Part shown: piece by piece, positions 40,191-53,900 of the stretch | How the letters are laid out: the number at the start of each line of letters is the position of its first letter | Numbering within the stretch: the first letter of the stretch is position 1 | Position numbers and translations under genes: made by a program | Assembly (NCBI RefSeq): GCF_003704095.1 | Contig: NW_020847187.1 | Coordinates: 310,001-374,000 of the forward strand | Direction of reading: 5' to 3' | Length of the DNA: 64,000 nucleotides | Origin: Pocillopora damicornis | Lineage: Eukaryota | Notes under the pieces: model-generated | Seen by the model: only the letters and a program-made list of their open reading frames with translations | What the model was told of the DNA's origin: nothing | Database searches by the model: none

Positions 40191-41386
40191 GAGCCCAATG
40201 ACCACTGAGTACTATTGCGCAATTTTTTCCATTTTGCGGTGGAGGAAATTAAAAAAAAAGAAGACAAAAAAACAAAGGCATTTTATGACTTAGCTACCAC
40301 AGGTATCCCAGCAAAAAGTTATAAGGTGGAAATATAAAACGGTTTCCCATGTATCCCTATTAATCAAGAAAGTGAGGAAGAACGAGGGGGGAGTGGTGCT
40401 TGTTGGATATTATGGCAAAGGGGAAGAGCGCTTATAGGAGAGAGGGCCTTCATTCCAGGAAATAGGGTATCTGAGGAGTTAAATTTAATAGCTTGTTCTT
40501 CCCAGATGGATATAAAAAACAGCCTTAACAATTACAAAAGTTGCACAATCTGAAGAAACTCTTATTTTATTACTATGCGGTGCATGAATATACTTAGTTG
40601 AATAAAAAGAAGCAATAAAATGAAACTTAAAAAAATCAACATTGATTTTCATGTCTTTGCATAGTTTCACCAATTCTTGATATTATGCAATGATTGACTG
40701 TCTTCCTAAATATATCATAAATACATTAAGTTACAATATCATTATGGAATATTTTAGATAAGAATTATATAAAATTTCAACTTTAACTTTTCGTGTAATT
40801 TACTTTGAAAACTAACAATCCTTTCTAAGAAAACTGGGAGTGAAAATTGAACAAGACATCTGAGATCAGTCAAGAGTTTGTAACTATCTTGTTTAAAAAT
40901 TGTCAGTTACATGCCAGAATTTCATCATATTTGCTTGTTACCTATTGAAATCTTATACATATTAAAATTATCTTTTGCAAGTTCAGTACTTGTTCATGAA
41001 AGGGAAAAGTCAAATTCTCCTGTGTCCTGTTGTGATCATAACCACACCCATTTCACACTTAACTACACCTCAACTAAAATCTGCTGTTACCAATTAAAAG
41101 AGGATTTGACCTGTACATGTAACTATTTGAGTCTGAGAATCTTAGATTGCTTAGTCTCTTTAAGTCTATATTGCTTTCAGCAAAATTACTTGACACATAA
41201 AAGGGTGCAATATGTTTTTCAAAAGGGACACTGCAATGCTTCCATAAGATTGTCTCAAACCTTCAAGTAGCCTAAAAATCACAACACTGAAAATAAGAAG
41301 AAAAGCTGGAAACTGAGAACTTAAAAATAATTCTTAGCAACTAGGTCAGATTGTTATAATAACCTTAACTGCTTTGTTATTATTGT

Positions 41387-44300
41387 TCATGGCTTTTCTC
41401 CAGAGGCAAGGCGTCGGTTGATATCTTCAATAACTGGAGGCAGATCACTAATGGAATCAATTACGTAATGAGCACCAGCATTGGCCAGGATATCATAAGA
41501 ACGTTTCAGCTTCCTTTCAAGGTCATCATCATTCAGGCTGGCGATCTCTTCTTCATTCAAACCAACATAATTTCCCTGGTTAAAGAAAAACAACAGAGTT
41601 GTTAGAAGGTCCACCAGAAAAAAGTATATATAGTCCTTCAGAGTCTTAGATTGACATGCTGACTAGTAAAAATTTTGCCCATTAAATTTGCAGCAAGAGT
41701 TGGAAATTTAAGGGAACTGTTTCATACACCAATTTGCAACATTTCTATAACTTAGTACAATTACAATAAAACAATATTTATGTTTCATAGTCTTCAGAAA
41801 AAGAACCTTTCTTCTTTCACCTTAGTTTCCAGAGGTACAGAGCCTTGGAATTTTATGGGAATCTCCAAATACCACAGTGTAAAGTTGTGGTCAGTTGTTT
41901 AGCATGCTACGCAATATTGCACAAGTGTTTTATCCGGCAACCACAATTTAATTTCTGGTAACCATTTTATGATTTCAGGGCTGTGTTGTTCAAAGGGGGG
42001 TATGATAACTCAGGATTAGTGTGGGATCTGATTTTAGAGATGAAAGCCTTAAAAGTAAATTAATTTTAACTCTTGTTGTCCACAATTTAATTATTGGTTG
42101 CTGTACTTATCCCATTAAGACTTCGGAACAAAAAAAAAAACAACAACAACAACAAAACAACAAAAATTCACTCTGGGTTTGTGCTGATTTGGCTCTTAAC
42201 AACTGGGCATCTTTTTGCCAGTTACAGTAGTCTGATTGTCTTTGTAGGAGAATACCAAGTAAAGAAACAATGCATATATATTATATTGAACTATACTTCT
42301 TGCTAAGTAAGGGAAATTGTGTAAATGAGAGCTAATACCTTAATCAAGAAGCTTATTTATGCTTCTGAGTGAGTGTGTGTAAGTGAGAGAGAGAGAGAGA
42401 GAGANNNNNNNNNNGAGAGAGAGAGAGAGAGAAACTGGCTATTTTGTGATATCCTTGTCTATAATCATATCATAAACGAAACTTACTGTTTTAGCAAGTC
42501 CTACACTCCAGCAGCCTGCAGATGTACCTTCCCTGACTCCATCAGCTGTGTCATCAACTTTAACAAGGGCTTCGATGGGATTGACATCCAGTCTAATAGC
42601 ACTCAACCAAACCATGTAAGGGTAAGGTCGGGCTTGTGGTACCTCATCTGCTGCAACATAACAATCAGGAGTATAGCCCTGCTTAGTGGCAGCCACCTTC
42701 AGTACATCTATCATGGATTTAGTGAATCCGGTTGTGGACCCAATCTTCAGGTTCATGTTGTTACGCAGGTAATTAACAGTGTCAACTGCACCAGTTATCA
42801 TCTGAGAGTAGTCCAAAATACAGTCAAGTTGCAAAGGAACAAAGTTCTGAAACATTCTTTCCACATCATCCTCATTGGGAAAGCGACCAAACTTTTCAAA
42901 CCATCTCCTTCGTACAGACTCCATCTCTGTGACCTTACGGATGTGCACCCTTTTGTGCATTCCCATGGGCTCTCTTGCCTCTTCCATTGTGATTGGGACT
43001 CCCTCATTTTTAAAGACTTCATTGAACACAACAGCTGGTGAGTAGACGCCGCAATCCAAAACAGTGCCAGACCAGTCCAAGATCACAGCCTTAATCTTTC
43101 CTTGGTATTGACGGACCATTCTATACTCGGAGCGAGGATTTTTCAACAGGGCACCTGAGGTAAAGTCAAAGTACATTTCAGGAATAGAAAGAATAATTTT
43201 GTAATGCGCTCCCTTTCTTCAAGTACTTTGTACAACAACATTTTCAATACAACCAAACATTTCATGTGAAGATAACTATATGAAGTAATTCAGGTCTACA
43301 TGAACTCTTTCAATTTCCTCAAAGTTAGTTTCACACTTTCAGACATACTGTGTCTTCATTTCATTACCCCTTTTTCATTCTCAAGAATGACAAACATCTT
43401 AATTTTCCTCACAATATCCCCCCTGAATCACACATCAAGGTCACAAAAACCAAGGAAATGATTGCCAACTGAAGAAGCTCTCTAAGCACCTTAGGAAAAT
43501 TACACAAAAAAGTATGGAGAATACGCAAACTGATCAAAGGTTGTCGAGAGTTAAAAAAAAAAAAAACCTTCAAACAAAACCATTAAAATAAAACCAGGTA
43601 TAAAAACGTAATTTTTGCACTAATCTTGATTTGAAGACTCATAAAATTTCTCAAAAAAAAAGTTAACTGGAGCAAACCTTCTGCAGTAATTAATGATGCT
43701 TGAAATCTCTGGGTGGTCTTTGAAATATTTTGCTACCAATATCACACAACAAAGAACCAGGCATTTTACGTGCGGAGAAATATCATGAAGACAATAGAAG
43801 TTTTTCTTAACTAAAAACCACAGTGGCTAAGATCTCAACTATTCATTTCCTGATGAGTAACTGTAACATTAAACACTGAGTAAAGTGAATGAAAATCTGT
43901 CATGGAACCTCTTTTCTAGTTGAATCTCTTAAGTCTTCACAGCAGAAACACTCATGGTGGCAAAGTGAATTTTTGAGGAACAATATCATTGAATAATAAT
44001 TTAAGCTTGAAGACTAGTGTATGAATAAAGTTGTTTTGTGTAGAAGCTTGTGTTTCATCAACAGAAAGAGATCAAGGCATTTAAAACAGCAGGCATTGTT
44101 CTATAATAAAAGCTTTCCCGTGAAAGAAAGCTAATTCATTGTGTGGCTGCAATGTATTCCACAAGGAAAAAAAATAATGCATTGATACCCTGATATCATC
44201 ATTGTGCATCCTCCCATAGCAACTCTGTTCAATATATTAAAGTTCATTCAAAACAACAATTTCTAACAAATATTTTTCTTCAGTTTAACAATCAGAAAAA

Positions 44301-45391
44301 AAGCTCAAAAACCAGCTAAATAGTTGCATTTTTGGCAATAAATTGACTCATTTTTGCACCGTATTACCTCTCCACTAGGAAATACTTCAGTATAACCCCA
44401 TACTGATCAAAAACAAAGCTGTAGACTCTAAGCACATCTATTGCTCTTGAAAAGGTCTTATTTTCATCCAAGAACTGCATGCATAATAAAGAAATAGACT
44501 ATGTGGAAATCTTGTCCTCCCCTGCCTTTATTTTCACGAGGAAGTGTGATTACTTGTTTCATAATGTACAGGACAAAGCTAGCCAATGTTGATCAGCTGA
44601 GACAGATGTATGTGAAAACGATCTTTATATGAGATAAGAGACCTAAAAAACTACACTGCACTATTTCTGAAAGTATACGATCATTGCCACCCACAAACTT
44701 CCCAATGTTATCGACAGGAAATACGTAACAGGAAATATGTAACACCGAGAAAAAAAGCTCACAGAACACGGCACACAGCAAAATCAGCATTCAAAACCGG
44801 TTTAACTAGTTCTGCCTGAAAATGGACAATGTTTTTCTCTAGGCCACTGTTCTTTTCTCAGCGTCGAATAAACGTTAGAAGCGTCAGATAAAATGTAATC
44901 AAATTTGAAAAAAAAGGTTTTTTGGTTACATTAATGATCTTGTTTTCTTCCATTAACAGATGCAAAGTGCATATTAAAGGACTTGGTAAAAGATACGTCT
45001 GAGATGACGATCAGTTTGAAAGGACCAAATCGCGACTCAAGCGCCATCGCTTGATACGTGACAGAAAATCTTTTGCTGTTATCAACTGATATGTCAATTG
45101 GCTAACGCAAGGAGCTCTCGAGTGTTCGCCCTTCGTCAGAACGAAGAAAAACGTTACAGAAGAACCCAATCGAATTAACACCAAGCTTAAGACTGAAATA
45201 CAAGTATAGAAAAACTGAAAGTTTTCCTCACCGTTGACCAGTTTCAAATCATGTTCACTTGTGTTCACAGTGGCGCTTGGTGCTTGGGCTTTCGCTTGAT
45301 GTGCACCACGAACCAAGATGTCGGTCGAATTAACGAGAGGACGAATAATGCGGGAAGAAGAAAAGCAAACCTTTCGCATGGTGGACAGCAT
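41387..45391 (-). CDS. phnX: Phosphonoacetaldehyde hydrolase (phosphonatase, HAD superfamily), 3 exons, 338 aa, with N-terminal presequence
   Basis: Exons 45391-45232 (G|GTGAGG), 43154-42487 (cag|GT ... ACA|GTAAGT) and 41575-41387 (cag|GGA ... TGA) total 1017 nt in frame. Motifs: AVILDWSGT (nucleophile Asp80), [12 protein letters not shown] (Schiff-base Lys121, 41 residues after the Asp as in Bacillus D12/K53), [38 protein letters not shown]-terminal RLASGEKP. Confidence 0.93.
41979..42208. mobile_element. Diverged Harbinger-like MITE in phnX intron 2
   Basis: Ends ggctgtgttgttcaaag ... aacaactgggc. The body is similar in reverse orientation to 23262-23499. Confidence 0.55.
42385..42432. repeat. 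(GA)n microsatellite interrupted by an N gap
   Basis: Directly visible. Confidence 0.9.
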
Positions 45392-46726
45392 TCTTTCTCG
45401 AGGTGTAGACCGGTTTATAAAAAATCGTGTGGAATAATCCAGTAACGTGCTTTGACCACCGCGTGTTAACTCAAGTTTTTGCCGCCGGCAAAGTAAAAGA
45501 CTGACTAACCGGACGTCAACAATGGCCTGTTTACCGCCTTGTCATGTGATGTCCGCGTGTTATTGACTTGATGCGTTATGCTGTCACGCTTGTTTACAAA
45601 AAACGACCCCCCCTGCTTAGGAGGTCAATTTCCACAAAACAATATAAATAATAATGAGCTTCACGAATGTTAATGGGGGTATGTTTATTCTTACCTGAAA
45701 TTAATTTTCAGATCATGGCTTATCACGAGGTCTTATATCAATTTCAGTCAAGTAATTCTTTACCTTTTTTTTTTTTTTTTTTTAAGAATTCCAGGTTGAC
45801 CTTGCATGACTTCCATCCATTTCATTGTCTTGAGGGAACAATTGCTCGGGCGGTTTGCATCAGTTGATTTAAACGCTTTTGTTTTATTCATGAAAGGAGA
45901 CTGCCTTTCGTGTCATGATATCATGAGGAATATTACACGCAAACGGTGGAAACGTTGGATAAATGCTCCTTAGTAAATGCGATCACGGCTAAGGTCGGTA
46001 GGATTTTCGTATTTTCAGTGGATAAAGTTGCGTGAAAGCCCACACATGTAGAAATCAATGGAGGAATAATAGACGCTATTGAATTAAACAATAGCAAAAT
46101 AATCAACGTTCTTTCTCTGGGTTGTCAAATTTCCACAATTATCACGTCACTCCAGGGAATTGTCTCCATGAGATTTGTGTTCCCTTAAGTAATGGCCAGA
46201 ACCTTTACGAGGTGGATGAAAGCCACGGAGACCATTCTTCATATGTCATTTTCAGTTGAATTTGTGTAGAACCCCTCTGACGCGGAATTTAAAGTCTTTC
46301 GTTAATAATTACGACGGAGCTTGCGTGACATGTAACAAAACACGAATCCTTTCCCTCGCAGCTTGATGTTTCTCCGGAAATTCGTGTCCAGTTTCCAGCA
46401 ACCAGCTACTTGGAGTTTGAACTCTAATCCACATGTGATCTTGTCGCATGATTTGGATGGGAGAGAATGTCTTGACACTATTAAAATGTCAACGTCAAAA
46501 GCTTCTCAGAGTTGAATGTTTGAAGTAAATACACTACTGGTGCGGAGAAATCGATTCGATTAACATCTATTTCTATGCTTCTATATAGAACTAAGGTTTC
46601 AAAATGATTTTATATTGGAAGCGGAATATTGCCACCTGGTTTAATCGAAAGAGCTGCTTCGTTACTCACTGTCTCTCCGGTAATATTTGGGACAAAAGGA
46701 ACGCAGGTTTCTGACAACTAGATCGT

Positions 46727-46890
46727 GGATAGAGAAAGATGTGTTTTCATCTAGTCACGAGCGTGGGACAAAGAAAAAATTCTGAGTCCCCATGAGGAAT
46801 CGGACCTTTCGGATTCCGCGCTCCGATGCTTTACCAGTGAGCCATAGAGACTCTAAGGTAAGCAAGGCCCATTGCGAAGTTCAAATATGA
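46727..46890 (-). mobile_element. tRNA-related SINE-like repeat
   Basis: Minus strand reads tggctcactggtaaagcatcggagcgcggaatccgaaaggtccgattcctcatggggact, with A-box-like and B-box-like segments followed by a T-run. Confidence 0.5.
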
Positions 46891-47906
46891 TTGCGGATTT
46901 TAGACAAATCGTGGAGGTTCGTCTGTCCCAATTTGGCTTCAGGCTTTCAATCGATCGCAGACTAATGCAATCGAGGCGAAGAGAACACAACGCGTTAGAC
47001 TGCTTACTCGAAAAGAGCTATCACGAAGCGATGAGCGTTGTATTATAACCGTCACCGAGCAGTCAATAATGAAGCATGTGATCGTCACGCGGCGGTCATG
47101 CGTCTATGCCGAGGTGGGGGGAGGGGTAGTAGTCACTTTAGGTTCCAGATGTCGTGAAGTATGAATAGATAAATAACTGTCCTCGGCTTGCAGTTACGCT
47201 TGTTTTCACTGTAGCACGTGTTACAAAGCTGCAAAAATCGTTATCGCAAGGGGTTCGCCTCAAAATATGTTCAATGTTGACCTACTGTTTTCTCGCGGGA
47301 AACTACATTGATTATCGACAGGAGCCCATCACTTATCGAATATTTCTGCATGATATCCTTTACAAAGAGAAAATCGATGACGTAGGTTATCTTCCATTTC
47401 TGACAAACAAGTCAATATAGAGACCACGTGGTACTCGCTCGACTGAACACTGAGATCGACTTTGGAGTCGAGCAGCAAATTTCGAGCCGGGGTTTCTCTT
47501 CGACCGAGAGGAAAATATCGCCAAACATAAATAAAACAGATGTAGGAGCATTCTCTGATATTGGAGTGGAAGCAGATAAGAAAAGAGCGTGAAGTTCAGG
47601 GAGAAGCGATAAAATTTGCTACTTCACACTTAAAGAGTATTTTTTAAATTTCTTCTCATTAAGTAAGAGCCTTTTGTATTCAGAAGAACAATATATGAAT
47701 TTTTATTCCTACTCACTAACGCCACTAATTCTCTTAAATGATATTTACAACAAAGTATAGGCGCCCAGCTTCAAACCTTCACGACTTCACATGAGCACTT
47801 CCCTTACCGATGGTCTCTGAAAAATATCTTATTTTCTGTGAATACAAGATGATTCCCAAGCAACATCAAACTCACTGGAACAGAAAAAAAAGAGAAAAAT
47901 TCCTCC

Positions 47907-50900
47907 TCAGACACCCAGTAAGAAAGCTTGCTTGGAAGGTGATCTCCGTTCTAAGCCATCGTCGTAGGACATCGCTACAGGATTGTTTAAGGTGGCATTG
48001 AATGTTCCCCTGAGCATAGAATGCATCTGTAATGGACTCAGCTGAAGAATGAAAAGGAAAGAAATTAACTCTGCTGCCAATAACTGCTTTTTAGGGAAAA
48101 TGTATAACAAAGCTACGCTATATTAATACTGAAAATGATGTTCCTATATTTCGAATTGTTTTGTAGAATTAAAAAATTGCCTTTAAAAAGGAGAGAAATA
48201 GAAACAAGATTCGTAAAGGCAAAACACAAAAGATTAAAATAAACCAAAAGGTACGTTTACTAACTTAACTTTTGAAGGCGCACGAATTTAAAGGCTTTCA
48301 AAAGCGTTCGTTTTATCATTGTCACTATTATTATAATAATTTTTTTTTTTTAGGTTTTTCTTAATTTCCAAATCCATACGCCAAAGTCAGACACATACCT
48401 CATAGCTCCCTGGGCCTGGATTTTCATTTCTTGATGATTTAAATCTTTGTTCCCTGGTCGTCATTAGACCTCCTCGGGCCGAGCCGTCTTTTAATTCGTA
48501 TTGGCCCGGCCCTATAAAGATATGAGGATTAATATTAAAGAGCAGTAGTTCTCAATCTTCAAATGGAGGAGAAAAAGATGTTTTGGAAATATCCATACAT
48601 TATCCAGCAGACAGGTAATTATAATACTCAAACTTTAAGAATAAGTTGTTATCTTGATTTAACACCAAATTATCGTAACTAATGTACTGGGGAATGTGTA
48701 GCAACTAGAGAGGAGGATTAATCAGATCTTGGGAGTTAAAGGATTATGGAAAGTCTTAGAACACTAACCAGGATCTCCTTCTTCCGACATGACTTGACGC
48801 TGTCCATGGAATCGATCAGACGAGGATAAAAACGCTCCCTTTTTCTTAGTGTTCTTGTTCGTTCTCTGGGCGTTACTGTATAGAACACGACCTGTTGAAA
48901 GAAATACGCCTTTATGTTATTTTATGTATACCTATCTGTCACAAGGTTTAAAAAATTTCATTCAAAATACATTTCTGAATTTTTCAGATCAGGCCATCGG
49001 TAAGCATTGAGAAAAAAAACAGTCTGTCTGCATCATAATTATTAACTATTGTTAAAGAAACAAATTTAAGAATCTTGGAGTGCAATCCCCCTATTATTTC
49101 GGCACTCAGTTTATTTTGTCCAAGTATTACCACAAAAAGAGGTGTTAAGTATCATCGTCTGAACAGAAATGGCCACAAAAGTACAACTTGAAAGAGGGGC
49201 CGTTTACGGAGTCACTGCCTTAGCACACGAATTTCAGTAACTCTGGTCAGGTCAGTACACGCACCTTGTGTTGAGTCATAGGAAATCCCGACTTCATAGG
49301 ACCCTGGTGGTGGGTTATCCTAGGAGAGAAATAAAACATGCAAGTTACGATCTGAAGATACAAGCCATAGTCATTCTGATCTGCGTCAAATTATCAAAAC
49401 ACAAATTAGTGCTAACAGCAGGAGCTCATTACAGCTAATTTGTGGCAACCAAATAAGAAACTTTAAAATTTAGTCTCTTAATTAAAAACGATGTGAGCAA
49501 CAACCATAATTACCGTTTGTAGTTCACCCGCTCTTTACTCGTCTCCGCTCACTAAAAGGCTGAGGGGCTACACATTTAGCTTATTAGTCCCTCAAGTGCA
49601 TTCTCGTTTCTAAAGCATGAGACGACCAGGAATAACGCCCCCTTCCAACCCCCCAGAGAGCCTCCTGAGCCACGAGAAGACTCCATCACAAATGTCTGTA
49701 TAGGGCTTCAAAGAAACTTACTTCAAAGAAAAGGATATGTGGTTTTATGTGTTTATATGCGATCTACAAAAATACACAACAAATTAAAGGGGTCAGAAAC
49801 ACTTACTAACACCACCCCTGGAGGGGTGTGAAGTCTACCAGTGGAAGATACGAAGGTGGATGAGGGTGGATCATCTTTACTTTTAGCTTTGTCTTTGGTT
49901 AGGTAATGGGCAGGACCTTGAAAATACAGAGAGCAAACGTTGTAGGGAAAAGAAAAGGGAAAACATTGACTACAATCGAGTTGTACAAACATATTCGCGA
50001 ACGAAACCTCAAATGCCTCTTAAAAACTATCTCTTCGGATTAAGTCAGATACATTGTTGTCACAAGCTTTTTTTACACGTATAAAATTTCCCAAAATATT
50101 TAGACATAACAAAGCAAAACATCTTTGTTCTGATCATACCTGGCATCTGTTCCTCCTTCCTTCTCATCATCGGTGCTATTCGTGCGGCTGTTGAGCCAAA
50201 TGCACCTTTCCTGGAACTCTCAACACTGCAGAGAAAAATTTAAGAAACCGACTTGAAAAGAAAGGCAAAAGAGTTGAATATAAACCTTAAAAAATTCTCA
50301 TCTGAGGCCAAAACAATTCGTCCCTCTTACAACCCCTTCAACCAATTACCCAAGAATCCACGGTTTCTTTTAAGGATGGAAAGCAGGAATGGATGGTGTT
50401 GAAGCTAACAAAGCATTATTGCAGTGTAACCCCATTCCATGTAAGTAAGTTTTAATAAAAAATTGCATACATTTAGCCAGCAGCGTAGTGCAGTAGGTAA
50501 AACTATGCTCAGTCTGCTACCGTAATCAACTGTTGGTTTGATAAAGGGGACTTTGACTAAGTATGGAACCAAGTCTGCCACAACCTGTATCTCATATATC
50601 TTAAAATTAATTGTCAACCCCCTGCAAATGCAATTTGGAAATAACTTCTATTCAAGACAACTTTCAGCCATTCAAGCATGGAAATTCAGTTAATAAGCCA
50701 GTGATCTCTAACAATTTACAAATAGCAGAAAAATATGCTCTTGTATCAAATGATACTTACTGGGCCTTTCTTATTAACTCTGATGTCATGTCTGGAATGC
50801 TGTATGACCCTGGTCCTATGATAGAGCATTTAAAATTACCCTGGATGAGTTATATGATCGATGTAATTTTTTCCTCTAAATAGTGCCAACATAATGCAAA

Positions 50901-53900
50901 CAGTGTATTTAATGGAATTTTGTGAAAATAAAAAAATAAAAAGTTGTAAAAAAGTAATCAAGAACAAAAAAATGAAAAGGCACCATAACACTAAAAAATA
51001 ACTTAAAAATTTCTCTGACTTTAACCAGAAGTGAAAATGTAATTATGCTGGCATTTCAATAGGGAGTGACAATTGGCATCTAATGTTTAAAATAGTCCTT
51101 TATGTCACCGCAACCATATTTGATTTTGGTGACAGAGGGTGTCTCCAATTTTTGGCATAACAATGCTTTACAAAGTTCTGTTAGATTCAGAAGTTTTTGC
51201 ATGCACTGCTAGCTAAAAAAGCTCTCAACTGAATATAAGACAAAGGAATGTTAAGAGAAGTCACATTACTGATTTAGAATCATGGTTTGCATTTGAAAGG
51301 GTAAAATAAGATGTATCCAACATGTTAGCATTGTCACTCACCAGGGGTCCTTTTCACATGATGTTCCCCATGAAATCGCACGGATGTTTGACCAAAAGGA
51401 CTTCGCTTCAGTCCCGTAGTCCTACAAATTATGAAAAATAAACATTAATGGAAAAATATGTCAAGTATATCATAAATATTCTCCTGATGATAACTACCTG
51501 TACCTTGAGAACCATCTATTTGGATTTGACTTTAAAATATGACAGGTAGTATTTTACAAGTTGCTCCAGGAAATAACCAGATTCCCAAGACACCAAAAAT
51601 GGTCATGCAAAATCAAAAGAAAGAGTTTGGTCTATAAATTTTGAACCAATGCTGAAAATTCCAGAAGGTGATGGAGACTCAAATCAGAAAAAGGACTGAC
51701 ATTTTATAGAACAAACTGTTACTTAATCATTATGGAAGACTTGTGCATACCTTTTAAGTATTTCTAGGGAATTGCGTGGATCATTGTATGTGCCAGGAGC
51801 AGGTGTGTCCTTTTTACTGTCTCCAAAGCGCTAAATAAGGCAAATGAAAAATGTAAAAGGAATAATACACTCACGTTCATTCTGAGTTAAGGTAGTTTGT
51901 GGCAAGTTTTCTTTAGTATAGAAATTTGGAAAGTAATAAGTAAGTAACAACTTTAATAGAGAGAATAACACATGACAGCTAGTATAACTGATAAACTAGT
52001 AGCCCTCTGTGCTAAAAATTCAACCCAGTAACCATAAAATAACTAAGAATAGTAAAAAGTATGAATCTCAATCACAAAACATTTATCATCTACAGTTAAA
52101 AATAAAAAAGATACAATTATTAGCTCAGAACACATAGATATCTTTATAAAATAACTAAGAATAATACAAATTATGAATATTAATCACAAAAACATCTACC
52201 ATCTACAGTTAAAAACATATTCAAAAATTAATTCAAAACACATAGATTATCTATTTACAACACTATGGCATGAAATGTTTTTTCATGGCTGAACTGAAGG
52301 TGCTAATGGTGTCCTTTTTATGTATTTCAAGAGGAATTTCATTCCACAGTAGGAGGTTTAAAAAAGGCAACAGCCTACCAGATTAGAAAACAAAGACAAA
52401 AAACAACAGAAAAACTGAGTAAAAAATTAGAAGTGGCATACCCTGGACTGAGTGCCAAATGGAGGATGAATGATTGGTTCATCCTGATTGACAGGTGGTG
52501 GTTTAGCTGAGAACTGGCTTCTAATTTCATATTTCCCTGGACCTGGAACAGCCTACAAGTAAAGAAAAACATACCAATAAGCTAGTAATATACTATAGTG
52601 TTCAAATTACCAGTAAGTAAACTTTCTTGGAAATCATTTGAAGTAGTATGAAATGATTTTTGGGGTGGAAGCAGTGATGTTGTGGCTTTAACTTTTGCTT
52701 AGTTGGTAAATTTTAATTGTAATTGACTTATATGAGTCCTCAAAAATCAAAGTTAAACAAAGAAAAGCTAACACTCAAAATGGTTTGAAAAATCTCAAAC
52801 TATGTAGAATTTGACCCATAATGGTACATATGACCGAAAAAAAGGTGTACAACTGCAGCATTGTCACAGCCCCTGCATCTAAAATTGTCTAAATTTCACC
52901 TTGTAACTGGTAAGTGATTGAACTAATTACTCCACAAATACTACAAACTATAAACTGCAAGGCCCAGTTGTGTCATGGGCAGATAACACTAACTAATGGA
53001 TAAATCACTATCCAGCCAATAAGTGACAGCAAAACATATAGAGTTATTCACCAGATAGCGTTTAATCCAGTGGATAGCATTATCCAACCTTTGGACAACC
53101 AGAGCAAGCACAAGCACACAGTCAAGTTTTCAGTGTTTACCAAGCATTTAACATTATTTTGTGCCTCTAAATGTACTATATTTCTTTAATACCAACAAGT
53201 GGCAGCTGCTGCATCATGACTCAGTACTAATTATTGATACGGTAATTACAGAATTAATTATTAGAATTATATTTTAGTTATCATGATCATTAGTGACATA
53301 TTTCTTTTGCAGCAAAACTTTTGAACATGAAAAGTTTACTAGGTCATAATTTCTTACCTTCTTTTCTTCCACAACCACTATAGATTCATGATATCGGGGT
53401 AACTAAAGAAAAAAATAAATCATTCTTTGTCATTTTATTGTTGGTGTGTAAATTATACATGTTGACCATATTATTACATATCCAAAGTAAAGCTATAAAG
53501 CTTCCATCTACACTCACTATTTTATCAATAATATGCCAGTGTCAACTCTGACTTTTTTTGATGACGTTTCTTTTATTCATAATTGAACCTTAAATACGGT
53601 ATAATTTTTTGTCTAACAGTTAGCTTTATTGAAAATGTTACCTTTGATTCAAAAGGTTGCTTTCTGCTTTCCTCTATCACCTAGCAGTTGAAAAGAAAAC
53701 ATTAATAGAAGTAAATATATCATGATTATGCGTAAAAAATCTTCAGCAACATACTTTACTCGATCTCACAGAGACTCTTTCTTCACTCAGGAATGTTAAC
53801 TGTTAACCCTTTGATTCCTAAGATTGACTTGCATCTAATTTCCCCTTACAACATCACTCCTGCATCAAGCATTGCGGTCACAAAAATAAATGAAATGATC

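Noticed and set aside
42373-43041. 222-aa plus-strand ORF
   Set aside because: Antisense shadow of phnX exon 2, starting in a GA microsatellite and gap.
41387-45391. phnX as bacterial contamination or part of a phn operon
   Set aside because: It has spliceosomal introns, host repeats inside them and CpG depletion. No phnW or transporter genes are in the window.
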